This document shows positions 1 to 10,019 of a stretch of DNA of 64,000 nt, piece by piece (position 1 is the first letter of the stretch; each line of letters starts with the position of its first letter). The notes under the pieces were generated by a model. It had not been told where the DNA came from. It did not search any database and worked only from the letters and a program-made list of their open reading frames with translations. Position numbers and translations under genes: made by a program. Origin of the DNA: Alphaproteobacteria bacterium (GTDB taxonomy: Bacteria; Pseudomonadota; Alphaproteobacteria; UBA828); contig CAXXVO010000005.1 in NCBI GenBank assembly GCA_963422645.2, positions 1 through 64,000 of the forward strand, read 5' to 3'.

Positions 1-128
1 GCCCTCCATCACCGCTTGCTCCCCGCGCCTCAGTTCGGTTGACGCACCAATAGCACAGCCACCCCGATCTCTTCCTGTTGCCGGGAGCGGAGCGAACGCC
101 CGGCGCCTGAGGGATTTGAAAGAATCAC

Positions 129-362
129 GTGGCGGCGCATAATGGCGCCGTGATGTCGGCAGTAACGGTCGAGCAACGCAGACTTCGGCGCGGCACGCGC
201 CGCGGGCTCCTGATCGGGGCGGCGGCGGTGCTCGGCGTCGGGCTCGTCGCCGCGCACGCGGACACCTGCTACGCGCTGGCCACAGAGGCCTACCAGAGCG
301 TCACGGATTCCTACCTCGTCATGTGGATCGAGCGGGCGAGCGCCGCGCTCGGTTGCTTCTAA
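129..362 (+). CDS. small hypothetical membrane/secreted protein
   Basis: 77-aa ORF with a basic stretch and a hydrophobic segment (RRGLLIGAAAVLGVGLVAAHA), directly upstream of and co-oriented with hyi. Confidence 0.4.
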   Translation: MAAHNGAVMSAVTVEQRRLRRGTRRGLLIGAAAVLGVGLVAAHADTCYALATEAYQSVTDSYLVMWIERASAALGCF

Positions 363-401
363 CGCGCAGCCTCGCCGGAGCCGCCGGGCGCCGGAGGGAC
401 C

Positions 402-941
402 ATGCCGAATTTTGCTGCCAATCTCAGCTTCCTCTTCCAGGAGCACGACTTTCTCGACCGTTTCGAGGCGGCGCAGCGTGCGGGCTTCAAGGCGGTCGAA
501 TACCTGTTTCCCTACGATCTGGCGTCGCCGGGGGAGATCGCGTCTCGTCTCGACGACAACGGGCTCTCCCAGGTGCTCTTCAACCTCGGGCAAGGCAACT
601 GGCAGGCCGGCGAGCGCGGCATCACCGCATTGCCGGGCAGGCAGGACGACGTCCGCCGGGCGGTCGACAACGCGCTGCGCTACGCCGACGCGCTGGGCTG
701 CCTCCAGCTCCACGTGATGGCCGGAATCGTGCCGGAAGGGGCGGATGAGCGGGCCTACGAGGACACGTTCGCCGGGAATCTCGCCTACGCGGCGGAGGCA
801 CTGGGGCGCGAAGGCATCCGCGCGCTCATCGAACCGCTGAACACGATCGACAATCCAGGCTATCTGCTGTCAACCGCTGGCCAGGCGCAGCGGGTGATCG
901 AAAGGGTGGGAAGCGATAACCTCAGACTTTCTGACCTCTAG
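402..941 (+). pseudogene. hyi: hydroxypyruvate isomerase, 3'-truncated by IS
   Basis: N-terminus MPNFAANLSFLFQE..FLDRFEAA..AGFKAVEYLFPY and LIEPLN motif, with RBS GGAGG. Homology stops at VGSDNL (~921), where an IS end begins. Confidence 0.85.
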
Positions 942-1495
942 TGATTTGGTGTGACACCGGCTGGGTGGGTTCCGGGGCTGCGTCGATCTCGTAGACCATG
1001 CGCAGATCGGTCCCGGGGAAGAGCGTTTCGGTGGCGTTGAGCTCGTTCAGGAGGGCATCGATCTGGCGGTGGCAAGCGTCATTTGCGAGGCCGAGAATGT
1101 GGACCCGGAGAACGCCGTTGGCGGGGTCCGGCAGGATGTCGGCGTCGGCGGTCATGAGAGCCTGAAGCAGTTTCCGGGGATGAGGCTTCTTGCCTTGTCC
1201 CTGCATGACGGGGAGCATCATGCGGGTTTCGGCGCGGTAGGCGATCATGCGGATGATGTCGAGGAGGAGGCGGTCGCGTGAGGGCAGGGCATCGAGCTGT
1301 TGGTCTTCGTCGAGGTCGCCGGCTCGACAGTGCTTCGGCACGTTCCTGCGGCTGGCCCTGGCGATCTCGAGGGCACCCTCGAGGTCGCTGACTTCTCTCC
1401 TGAGCTGCGCCTTCGGCCTCTTTTTCCTGGCCGCGCCGGCGATCCGGTTGCGCAGGCGGGCGAGCCGGCGTTCGGCGCTGCGGATTGCCTTGTCA
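922..1495 (-). mobile_element. IS remnant: C-terminal part of an unclassified (ISNCY-like) transposase plus its right end
   Basis: IRMIAYRAET..LMTADADILPD..LNATETLFPGTDLRMVY..RGQKV*. Close paralogue at 52040-52621 with a matching end (TCAGACTT.CTGACCTCT). Confidence 0.75.
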
Positions 1496-1729
1496 TACCA
1501 AAGCCATGAATGATTGACTCGTCGGGCAAGGTATTGTGTTTGCGTGATATTTGTCCCCCTTTATGTTGTGATGTGGGGCTTTTCGGAGGTCTTTCGGAGA
1601 TGAGCGATGACGGTTCCCGTAACGCGTCTTGATCACACGGCAGGAGAGTTGCGCGATGCGGCGAGGCGCTGCGGGAACGAGCGGCAGGCGCGTCGTCTTC
1701 GTGCGATAGCGATGATCCTGGACGGGTGA
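1496..1729 (+). mobile_element. IS630-family left end and 40-aa transposase N-terminus
   Basis: Starts at a TA (1496). ATG at 1607 gives MTVPVTRLDHTAGELRDAARRCGNERQARRLRAIAMILDG, then it is cut by the IS3 end at 1727. Confidence 0.6.
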
Positions 1730-2990
1730 CCTGCCCCCGTCGACTGGTCCGGTTTGAATGTTAGTGCATTGACGGTTTCTCGGCCAGGCTGGATGGCCGG
1801 CGGAGCGTAGCGGAGCCGGGCGGCCAGCCTGGCGTGACGATCGTTTCCGGGGCCGGCGGCCGGTATCCCAGGCTGCTGTGTGGGCGTATGGCGTTGTAAT
1901 GGCGCCGCCAGGATTCGATGAGAACCTGGGCTTCCTTGAGGGTATAGAAGATCTCCCCGTTCAGGAGCTCGTCGCGCAGCCGCGCGTTGAAGCTCTCGAT
2001 ACAGCCGTTCTCCCAGGGAGAACCAGGCTCGATGAAGGCGGTCCGGGCCCCGACCGCGGCAATCCATCCCCGGACGGCCTCAGCGACAAACTCCGGGCCG
2101 TTATCGGAGCGGATCCAGGCCGGAATACCGCGCAGGATGAACAGGTCGGTCAGCGCGTCGATGACATCGGTCGAGGAGAGCTTGCGCCGGACACGGATCG
2201 CCAGGCTCTCACGGGTGAACCCGTCCAGGACGTTGAGCGTACGAAAGACCCGGCCATCATGGGTCTGGTGATGCACGAAGTCACAGGACCAGACATGGTC
2301 CGCCCGCTCGGCGCGTAGCCGGACGCAGGAGCCGTCGTTGAGCCATAGACGCCCTCGCCCGGGTTGTTTGGCGGGGCACCTTCAGCCCCTCGCGCCGCCA
2401 CAGGCGCTCGACCCGCTTGTCGTTGACCTGCCAGCCGGCGTCGCGCAGCAGGGCGGCGATCCGGCGATAGCCGTAGCGACCGTACCGGCGGGCCAGCTCG
2501 ATCATGTCCGCGACCAGGCGATCCTCATCGTCACGCCCGCGCGGGACATGGCGCCGGGCCGAGCGGTGCTGCCCCGGCACCCGGCAGGCGCGGCGCTCCG
2601 GGATCCCGAGCCGGTCGCGGACATGGTCGATGCACTGGCGGCGGCGCGAGGGGCTCACAAGTTTCCCTGGGCTGCCTCCTTGAGAATCTGCTTGTCCAGC
2701 GTCAGGTCCGGGACCGCGCGGCGCAGCCGCTCGTTCTCCTTCTCAAGCTCCTTCAGGCGCCGAAGCTGATCGCCGCTCATCCCGGCATACTCCTTGCGCC
2801 AGCGGTAGTACGTGACCTCGCTGATCCCCGGCTGCCGGATCGCGTCCGCCATCGACTTGCCCTGGCCGTGCAAAACCTCTGCTTGCCGCAGCAGACTGAC
2901 GATCTCCTCCGGCTTGTAACGCTTCCTTGCCATCTCTGATCCTCCTCATTCCCAAACCTGGGGATGGACCAATCCAATGGGGGAGGATCA
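1727..2990 (-). mobile_element. IS3-family element (orfA 2655-2933; orfB broken into 2281-2658 and 1761-2276)
   Basis: TG..CA inverted repeats TGACCTGCCCCC..TGGTCC / TGATCCTCCCCC..TGGTCC, GGGAAAC slippery site at the end of orfA, DDE motifs IRSDNGPEF and PWENGCIESFN, extra frameshift near 2350. Confidence 0.93.
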
Positions 2991-3280
2991 GCCAGCCGGC
3001 GGCGGAGCTCTGGATCGACAATATCGGCCGCGACCTGACCCAGTGGATCGAGGCGGCCGGCGGCGGCGCGGGCGCCACGGTGCGCGTGATGCAGGCGCTG
3101 CGCGCCACACGCAGCGATCGAGTGGGAGATGACGCTGGACGTGCTCCACGTCCGCGTCGACCAGGAGCGGGTGACGGCCAGGCTGGGCTTCGATCCGCTC
3201 CTGGACAGACCGGCCGTGCTCATGCGCCACGACCCCCGGACCTCGCCGGGGCTCTTTCTGACTTCCCTCGATTCGCTATA
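2991..3280 (+). pseudogene. phage tail protein fragment (DUF1833-like)
   Basis: LWIDNIGRDLTQWIE, then in a shifted frame IEWEMTLDV..RHDPRTSPGLF. The 5' part was removed by IS3. Confidence 0.6.
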
Positions 3281-3404
3281 ATCAGGCCGGCCTCGACTTC
3301 CGCTCGACGGCGGCCGGCCCGCTCCGCTCGCCTGCCTGCGCGCTACGCGCGGCGCGCGGTCGCGCGCGCCGGGCCGCTGCGCGGCCCGGCCCCGGACCGG
3401 CGCC

Positions 3405-3824
3405 ATGACGGTCACCCCTCACTGGTCCGGGCGCTATATCGGCCGCGCCCACGTCGAGGGCGCGCACGACTGCGCCGATTTCGTGGCGGACGTGCTGCGG
3501 GAGGTCTTCGGCCGGGTCTGGACGCCGCCGCCCCGGGCGCACGCCGTGCGCGGGCGCGACGCGCAGATCGCGGCGCTCGCCGCAGACCACGCCCGCCCCC
3601 TCGGTGCGGGCGAGACGCCGGAAGAGGGCGACGGGGTGCTGATGCGCATGGCCGGACGCCGCCGCCTCGCGGGCCACCATATCGGGCTCTGGTGCGCGCC
3701 CGCCGGCGAGCCGTCGGTGCTGCACTGCCAGGCCGGGCTCGGCACCGTCCTGCACCCGCTGCGCGGCCTCGAGGCGCGCGGCCTCGAGCCTGCGGGGATC
3801 TATCGGTGGACGACCCGGACATGA
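3405..3824 (+). CDS. phage tail assembly NlpC/P60-family protein
   Basis: W..RYIG..DCADFV (catalytic Cys), HIG and VLHC motifs; usual position between DUF1833 and TipJ genes. Confidence 0.8.
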   Translation: MTVTPHWSGRYIGRAHVEGAHDCADFVADVLREVFGRVWTPPPRAHAVRGRDAQIAALAADHARPLGAGETPEEGDGVLMRMAGRRRLAGHHIGLWCAPAGEPSVLHCQAGLGTVLHPLRGLEARGLEPAGIYRWTTRT

Positions 3825-6800
3825 CCCCTGCAAGGCCCGTGCACCGCCCCGTCACGGCTCCTGCATCGCGCGCTCATGCGCGCGCGGGCATAACGCTGGA
3901 TGCCTGGCCGCACCCGCTGACCTCGGAGGGGCGCGAGACCCGGCGGGTCTCGATCCGCCCCGGCGAGACCCTCGCCGGCCTCGCCGGGGCCGAGGCGCGC
4001 AGGCTCGGGCTCGACCCCGCCCTGGTCGCCGTCGAGCTGAACGGGACCCCCGTCCCGCGCGCGGCCCGGGACGCGACCCCGCTCCGCCTCGGCGATATCG
4101 TCACGCTCCGCCTGATACCGGCGGGAGGCGGTGACAGCGACCCGCTGCGCGCGATCCTCACCCTCGCCGTCGTCGCCGCCGCAGTCTGGGCCGGGCCTGC
4201 GGTCGGCGGCTTCATCTCGGAAGCCCTCGGCCTCGGCCTGACGACGGCGCAGGCCACCGCGCTCGGAAGCTCCGTCATCATGGTGGGCGGCACCCTGCTG
4301 GTGAATGCCCTCGTGCCGCCCGCGGCGCCGGAGATCCCGCCCCGGGCCTCCCTCGCCCGGGGCCCGACCCGGTCCACTCGATCTCGGGCGGGCGCAACCC
4401 GCAGCGCCCCTGCCAGCCCTTCCTGCTGGTCCTCGGCGAGCACCGCATCTTCCCCGACCTCGGCTCCCGGCCCTACACCGAGTACGTCTCCGGCGCCGAC
4501 GCCGTGGCGGACCAGGTCCTGCGCCAGATCTTCCACTTCGGCATCGGCGAGATCGAGATCGCCGGGGCCGATCTCCGCATCGGCGACACCCCGGTCGCGG
4601 ACTACGAGCACCTGACGCTCGCGCCGCCGGCCGACGCCCGCGGCGCGCTCGCCTGGCCCGGGGACGGCGGCGCGCCGAAGGCGGCCGAAGACCTCGGGGC
4701 GGACGAGGGGTGGGTGACGCGCACCACCGGGGACGACACCTACCGGATCGGCATCGACATCGCCGGCGCGCTCTACGGCTTCGACAGGCAGGGCAGGCCC
4801 GAGCGGCGCACGGCCGATATCGCCATCGAGGCGCGCAGGGCCGGCGGCGGCGGCGCCTGGACGCGGCTCGGCGCGGAGACGCTGGGCCACGACGAGACCG
4901 CGCCCTTCCGCCGGGGCGCGGCCTGGGATCTCGCGGGCGAAGGAACCTGGGAGGTCCGCGTGCGCCGCACCTCCGCGCCGGCGGACGACGACCGCTCGGG
5001 CGACGAGCTGACCTGGGCGGCGCTCAGGTCATACCAGACGGATGCGGCCGACTACACCGGCCAGAGGCGGCTGGGCCTGAGCATCCGCGCCTCCGGCCAG
5101 CTCTCCGGCCCCGTCGACCGGCTGAGCGCGCTGGTGCGCCAGAAGGCGCCGCGCTGGCGCGGGCGCGCCTGGTCCGCCGCGCCCGCGGCGTACTCCTCCA
5201 GCCCCGCCGCCGTCATGCTGCTCTACCTGCGCGGCATCCGCGTGCAGGGCCGCGTCGTGGCCGGCGCCGGCCTGCCCGACGACCGCATCGACCTCGCAGG
5301 CCTCGGCGCCTGGCACGACTGGTGCGCGGCCCACGACCCGGCGCTGCGCTGCGACCTGGCGCTGGACCGCACCATCGGCCACGCCCGCGTGATCGAGACG
5401 ATCGCCCGCTGCGGCCGCGCCTCGCCCACCTGGCAGTCGGGCCGGCTCGGCGTCGTGTGGGACGCCGCCGACAGGCCGGCGACGGCCATGATAACCCCCG
5501 GCAATATCGTCGCAGGCTCCCTCGAGGTGGACTGGGCCGCAGGCCGCGGCGCGGACGAGATCGCCTGCCGCTATCTCGAGCCCGGCCTCGACTGGCAGTG
5601 GAACACCGTGCGCCGCACCGTGCCGGGCGCGGACGACCCGCCTGCGTCCACCGCCACCCTCACGCTCGCCGGCGTCACGACGCGCGAGCACGCCGCCATG
5701 GAGTGCAACCTCCAGGCCGCGCGCCAGCGCTACCACCGCCGCAGGATCGCCTGGGAGACGGGGCCGGAAGGCCTCTCCATCAGGCGCGCCGACGTGGTCC
5801 ACCTCAGCCACGGCCTGCTCGACGGCGGCCGCACGGGCCGGCTCGTCGCCCTGCACGACGACGGATGCACCCTCGACCGCGCCGTGCGGGTCGCCGGCGA
5901 GGCGGCGACCGACTGGCTGATGCTGCGCCGGCCCGACGGCGCGCCGGAGACCGTGCGCGCCCATGCCGGCCCGCCCGCCTCCGACGCGCGCGCGAACGGC
6001 GCCGACACCGCCCGCGTGTGGACAGCGCCCGCGCCGGAGAGAGGCGTCGGCGAGCCCGTCGACACGCTCTGGCGCCTCTATCCCGCAGGCGCCGGGCCGG
6101 CGAAGGTCAAGGTCGTGGGCGTCAGCCCCCGCGCCGGGGACCGGGTGCGCATCGAGGCCATCGACGAGCTCGGCGCCTACTACGCCGCCGCCACCGCCGA
6201 CCTCTCGGTCGAGCTGCCGCAGATAAGGCGCAATCTGCCGCGGGTCCTGCACGCCGCCGTCTCCGAGACCCTGATCCGCGTCGGCGCCGCCTTCCTCGTC
6301 GAGATCGCGCTCTCCCTCACCGTCGCCGGCGACTGGCGCGGCGCCGAGGTCCGCGCGTCGTGGGAGCGCCGGCCCATGCGCACCGTCGCCAGCCTCGACG
6401 GCGGCGACACGGAGGCGCGCTGGACCAGCCCGCCCGAGGGCTGGATCGAGATCGTCGTCCTGCCCCGCGGCGGCGGACCGCCGCACCGCATCGCATACAC
6501 CGTCCGCGGCCTGCGCACGCCCCCCGGCGCGGTCACCGAGGCCCGTGTCGAGCGCCTCGGCGACGGCACCCGGCGCTTCCGCTGGGCCGGGCCGGCCGAC
6601 CCCGACCTGCTCGGCGTCCGCATCAGATACGGACCCGCGCCGGCGTATCCCGCAGACCCGGGCACGCCGTGGGAAGAGCTGCGCGCGATCCACCGCGGAT
6701 GGCTCACCGCAAGCCCCTGGGAGGCCGTCGAGCCCCCCGCCGGCGACTGGCTCTTCTCCTTCCGCGCCCTCGACACCGGCGGGCGCTACGGCCCCGAGAG

Positions 6801-7308
6801 CCGCGTCACCGCGCGCCTCGGCGCCCAGCGCCGGGGCGAGAGCCTGTTCTGGGCCTGCCCCAGCGCCGAGGGATGGACCCGAGGCACGCTCGCCGGCGCG
6901 GCCCTCGACTTCTCCTGGGCCGATCCCGCCACCGGCGCCGCCGACTACGCCTGGAGCGAACTCGCCTCCTGGGACGCCTGGACCGGATGGGCGCTCCCCG
7001 GCGCGGCCTGGGCGGCCCGGCCCACCGTCTACACCTCCATGCCGGCAGACCTCGGCCAGGAGGGCGTCGTCTCGGTGCTCGCCTGGGACTCCGACGCCGC
7101 CGTCCGGCCGACGGTGCGCGTGCGCGCCGCCGACTTCCGCGACGACCTCGCCTCCGCCGCCTGGACCGGCTACGCCGCCGGGGACAGGATTACAGGACGC
7201 ATCGTCCAGGTCGAGTGGACCTGGACCTGGGAGCGCGGGCAACTCCCCACCGTCAGATACCTCTGCTTCGGCCTCGCCCGCGCCCATATCGCCGCGCCGG
7301 CGGGCTGA
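3821..7308 (+). pseudogene. phage tail tip/host-specificity protein (TipJ-like) with N-terminal ubiquitin-like domain; one frameshift near 4365
   Basis: ATGA overlap with the NlpC gene. VELNG..LRLGDIV domain, then SISGGRN..LVLGEHRIFPDL..PYTEY continuing into the 934-aa ORF (IRASGQLSG, FN3-like C-terminus). Confidence 0.8.
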
Positions 7309-7329
7309 GCAGGCGCGAAAGGAAACCCC

Positions 7330-8106
7330 ATGACCGCATGGCCCACGCAGAAGATCGACACCACCCACCTCGACCAGGGCAGCGATTCGCCCGCCCACGC
7401 CCGCGCCGCCATCAAGGCCATGGCCGACACAATCAACGCCATGATCGACGCCTTCGGCGATCCGAACGGCGTCGCCACCCTCGACGCCGCCGGCCTGCAC
7501 CCCTTCCGCCAGATGCGGGGCGAGGTGTTCACCGCGACCGAGCGCACGCGGCTGGCCAACCTCAGCGAGCCCACGCCGACGCCCACGCCCACGCCCACGC
7601 CCCGGCCAACGCCGCGCGGGCGCAAGACCTTCACCACGCCCGGGTCCTTCACCTGGCGCGCGCCCGCGGGCGTGACCCGCGTGCGCGTGCAGTTGCGGGG
7701 CGGCAGCGGCGGCGACGGCGACGGCTATACCTGGACCTGGTCCGGCAGGGGCGGCACGCTACGCGAGACCTACAGCGGCGGCGACGGCGGCTTCATCTAC
7801 TTCGAGCTCGCGGTCTCGCCGGGCACCTCCTACAGCTTGACCGCGGGAGGCAACGGAGCGGACGGAGCGGACGAAGCGCCCATACCGAGCCATCGCCACG
7901 CCGCCGCCGGCGAGGACACCGCCGCCTTCGGCGGCACGGCGCGCGGCGGCAAGGGCGGCCGGGGAGCGGGGGGCGGGCGCAACGGCGCAGACGGCGCAGA
8001 CGGAGGCGCCTCCGCCCCCGCCGGCGCAAGCGGCGTCAGCCGACACACCCAGCTCACCGTGCCCTCCCCGGTCTCCGCCGGCTATATCGTCATCGAGTGG
8101 GGCTGA
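7330..8106 (+). CDS. putative tail fibre protein with Pro-Thr linker and glycine-rich C-terminal domain
   Basis: RBS AAAGGA, PTPTPTPTPRPTP linker, TFTTPGSFTWRAPAGVTRVRVQLRGG..GYIVIEW glycine-rich domain; follows TipJ. Confidence 0.7.
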   Translation: MTAWPTQKIDTTHLDQGSDSPAHARAAIKAMADTINAMIDAFGDPNGVATLDAAGLHPFRQMRGEVFTATERTRLANLSEPTPTPTPTPTPRPTPRGRKTFTTPGSFTWRAPAGVTRVRVQLRGGSGGDGDGYTWTWSGRGGTLRETYSGGDGGFIYFELAVSPGTSYSLTAGGNGADGADEAPIPSHRHAAAGEDTAAFGGTARGGKGGRGAGGGRNGADGADGGASAPAGASGVSRHTQLTVPSPVSAGYIVIEWG

Positions 8107-8111
8107 TCGCG

Positions 8112-8993
8112 ATGCGCCGCACCCTCGTCCCCGCAGGCGGCGGCATCGACAGCACCGCCCTCGCCCTCCTCGTCCTGCGCGGGACCGAAGACGAGGCCGT
8201 CCTCTCCTGCTACCGCGAGCCGGCCCGCGAACTCCCGGAGCGCATCGCCCGCGAGCAGGCCGCAAGCGAGGCCGTCGCAGACTGGCTCTCCCGCAACGTC
8301 CGGCCCGTGCGCCACGTCAGCCGCGACGCCCTGCGCGTGGAGACCGGCCCCCGCGCAAGATGGCCAATTCGGGACGGGAGAGGATGGGAGGGCGTCTGCG
8401 ACCCCACATTCGGCCCCTGGGGCCTCGACCGGTACGCAACCCACGCCGACGAGGCCGAACGGCGCCGCGCCGACCGGGTGATGCCCGGCATCACCTCGTG
8501 GGACACCGCCGACGACATGCACCGCATGTACTGGTATCCCGTCTGCCGCGCGCGCACCGCCGTCCCCATGGAACTCCCCTTCTTCCCCGGCCGGGAGGAC
8601 GGCGCGCAGTGGCCGCCGTCGCGGGACGACCCCTTCGGACCCGTCGCCGGGCGCTTCATGCTCCAGGCCCTGCTCCCGCCCGGGCTGGAGGCGCTCACCT
8701 GGCGATGCACCGTCGCGGCAGAGCCCTGCGGACGCTGCCCCGGATGCCGCCTCAACGCCTTCTTCGAGCGCTTCTGCCGGGGACGCCCGGCGGACCAGAT
8801 CGCGCGCATCGACGACGCCCTCGAACGACACCGCGGCGCAGGCCGATGGTACGCCGACGCCGACCCCGGAAGATGGACCGGTCACGACGGATACGACGCC
8901 GCAGAACGCGCCGTCGACAACCCCGAATGGTGGAAGGCCGAACTCGAACGCCCGTGCCGCCCCGGCGCCCGCCCCGGTCCCGACCGCGCCTGA
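8112..8993 (+). CDS. QueC-like PP-loop ATP pyrophosphatase (293 aa)
   Basis: N-terminal GGGIDST (PP-loop SGGxDS variant) and C-terminal TWRC-x6-CGRCPGC zinc motif. It is the last 293 aa of the 1562-aa track ORF. Confidence 0.7.
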   Translation: MRRTLVPAGGGIDSTALALLVLRGTEDEAVLSCYREPARELPERIAREQAASEAVADWLSRNVRPVRHVSRDALRVETGPRARWPIRDGRGWEGVCDPTFGPWGLDRYATHADEAERRRADRVMPGITSWDTADDMHRMYWYPVCRARTAVPMELPFFPGREDGAQWPPSRDDPFGPVAGRFMLQALLPPGLEALTWRCTVAAEPCGRCPGCRLNAFFERFCRGRPADQIARIDDALERHRGAGRWYADADPGRWTGHDGYDAAERAVDNPEWWKAELERPCRPGARPGPDRA

Positions 8994-9084
8994 AACCCTC
9001 ACGCACCGCCCGCGCACGGGCCATGAAACCCCCGCGAAGGGCCCGTTCATGGCCCATGCACAGGCCGGCTTTTCCAGCCCGGTT

Positions 9085-9165
9085 CAGCCCCGAAAACCAG
9101 ACGGTTTTCCAGGCCATTCGCAAAGACTTCCGGCCGCGATTCGCAAAGACTTTCGTCCGGCTACA
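9085..9165 (+). mobile_element. transposon-type (Mu/IS21/Tn7-like) terminus of the prophage remnant
   Basis: Two copies of ATTCGCAAAGACTT, ending ...GGCTACA at 9165. Bases 9138-9161 are identical in inverted orientation to 50844-50867. Truncates the adjacent gene. Confidence 0.75.
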
Positions 9166-9280
9166 CGCTCTCCGCCGCAACGCCCCCGGCCGCCCAGACC
9201 GTCGCCATCGCCGCCATCGCTCCCGCGGCCAGCGGCAAGCAGGCGATCCCGCGCCGCGCGCCGTTCGACCGTGTCTTCAT
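9166..9280 (-). pseudogene. signal-peptide-bearing gene truncated by the phage terminus
   Basis: ATG overlaps the upstream stop (ATGA). MKTRSNGARRGIACLPLAAGAMAAMATVWAAGGVAAES runs into the TGTAG end. Confidence 0.55.
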
Positions 9281-9732
9281 GGCTTGCCTCCCCTTTCCGT
9301 TGGAACGGCCTGCCGGTGGGTCACCGCGAGCGACGTGCCGTCCCCCGAGAGCGCGCCTTCAGGCGGATGCGGCAGATGCGAGAGCGCTTCGAACAGCGCC
9401 TGCGCGGCATCGGCGAACCCGCCCTCGAAGGCCGCTTCCCCCTCCAGCCGGTAGCGGCGGTCGGTCAGGAACACGACGTCCGTGCCGGCCCGCGCGCCCC
9501 AGCGCCAGAGCGCCTCGCGCAGCGTCTCCCCGGCATGCACCCGCCAGACACTCGTGCCGGAGACCTCCGGGCCGGTAGCGGGGCGGGGCTCGATTTCCCG
9601 GGCTCCCGCTCCCAGACCCTTCTCCGCCGGCTCCGCCGCGGCCTCCATTTCCGCCGGAGGCACGTAGCGGAACCCGGCCGAGGCGGGCGCCGCCCATGCC
9701 GCAAGCAGCGCGATCGCCAGAGCGCCGCGCAT
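9277..9732 (-). CDS. TcpQ-domain (PilL-like) periplasmic protein
   Basis: Signal peptide, then WRVHAGETLREALWRWGARAG..AAFEGGFADAAQALF, a TcpQ pattern. Confidence 0.75.
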   Translation of the reverse strand: MRGALAIALLAAWAAPASAGFRYVPPAEMEAAAEPAEKGLGAGAREIEPRPATGPEVSGTSVWRVHAGETLREALWRWGARAGTDVVFLTDRRYRLEGEAAFEGGFADAAQALFEALSHLPHPPEGALSGDGTSLAVTHRQAVPTERGGKP

Positions 9733-10004
9733 CACCCGAAGTCCGTGAAGCGCCGCAGGCGCGCGGCATGGAGCGCCCGGCGGCGTCCGGCTCCCAGCGC
9801 CCGGAGCGCGCGCAGCGCCGCGCGAAAGCGGTAGCCGCGCGCTTCCGCCGCGCGGCAGGCCAGCATCGCCGCCACGACCAGGACCGTCGTCCACCAGGTC
9901 GGCAGGAACAGCCACGGCACCGCCAGGATCAGCAGCCGGGCGTCGAACACGTAGAAGCGCACCGGGCGCATCGAATCCCGCCAAGCCACCTCCGCCGGGT
10001 CCAA
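9732..10004 (-). CDS. icmT: IcmT/TraK family protein
   Basis: WRDSMRPVRFYVFDAR signature, one or two TM segments, 90 aa. Confidence 0.85.
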   Translation of the reverse strand: MDPAEVAWRDSMRPVRFYVFDARLLILAVPWLFLPTWWTTVLVVAAMLACRAAEARGYRFRAALRALRALGAGRRRALHAARLRRFTDFG

Positions 10005-10019
10005 TTCCTTCCCCCCCTC

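Noticed and set aside
4305-8993. 1562-aa ORF as one giant protein
   Set aside because: Most of it is an Arg/Pro-rich shadow frame over tipJ and the fibre gene. Only 8112-8993 looks like real protein.
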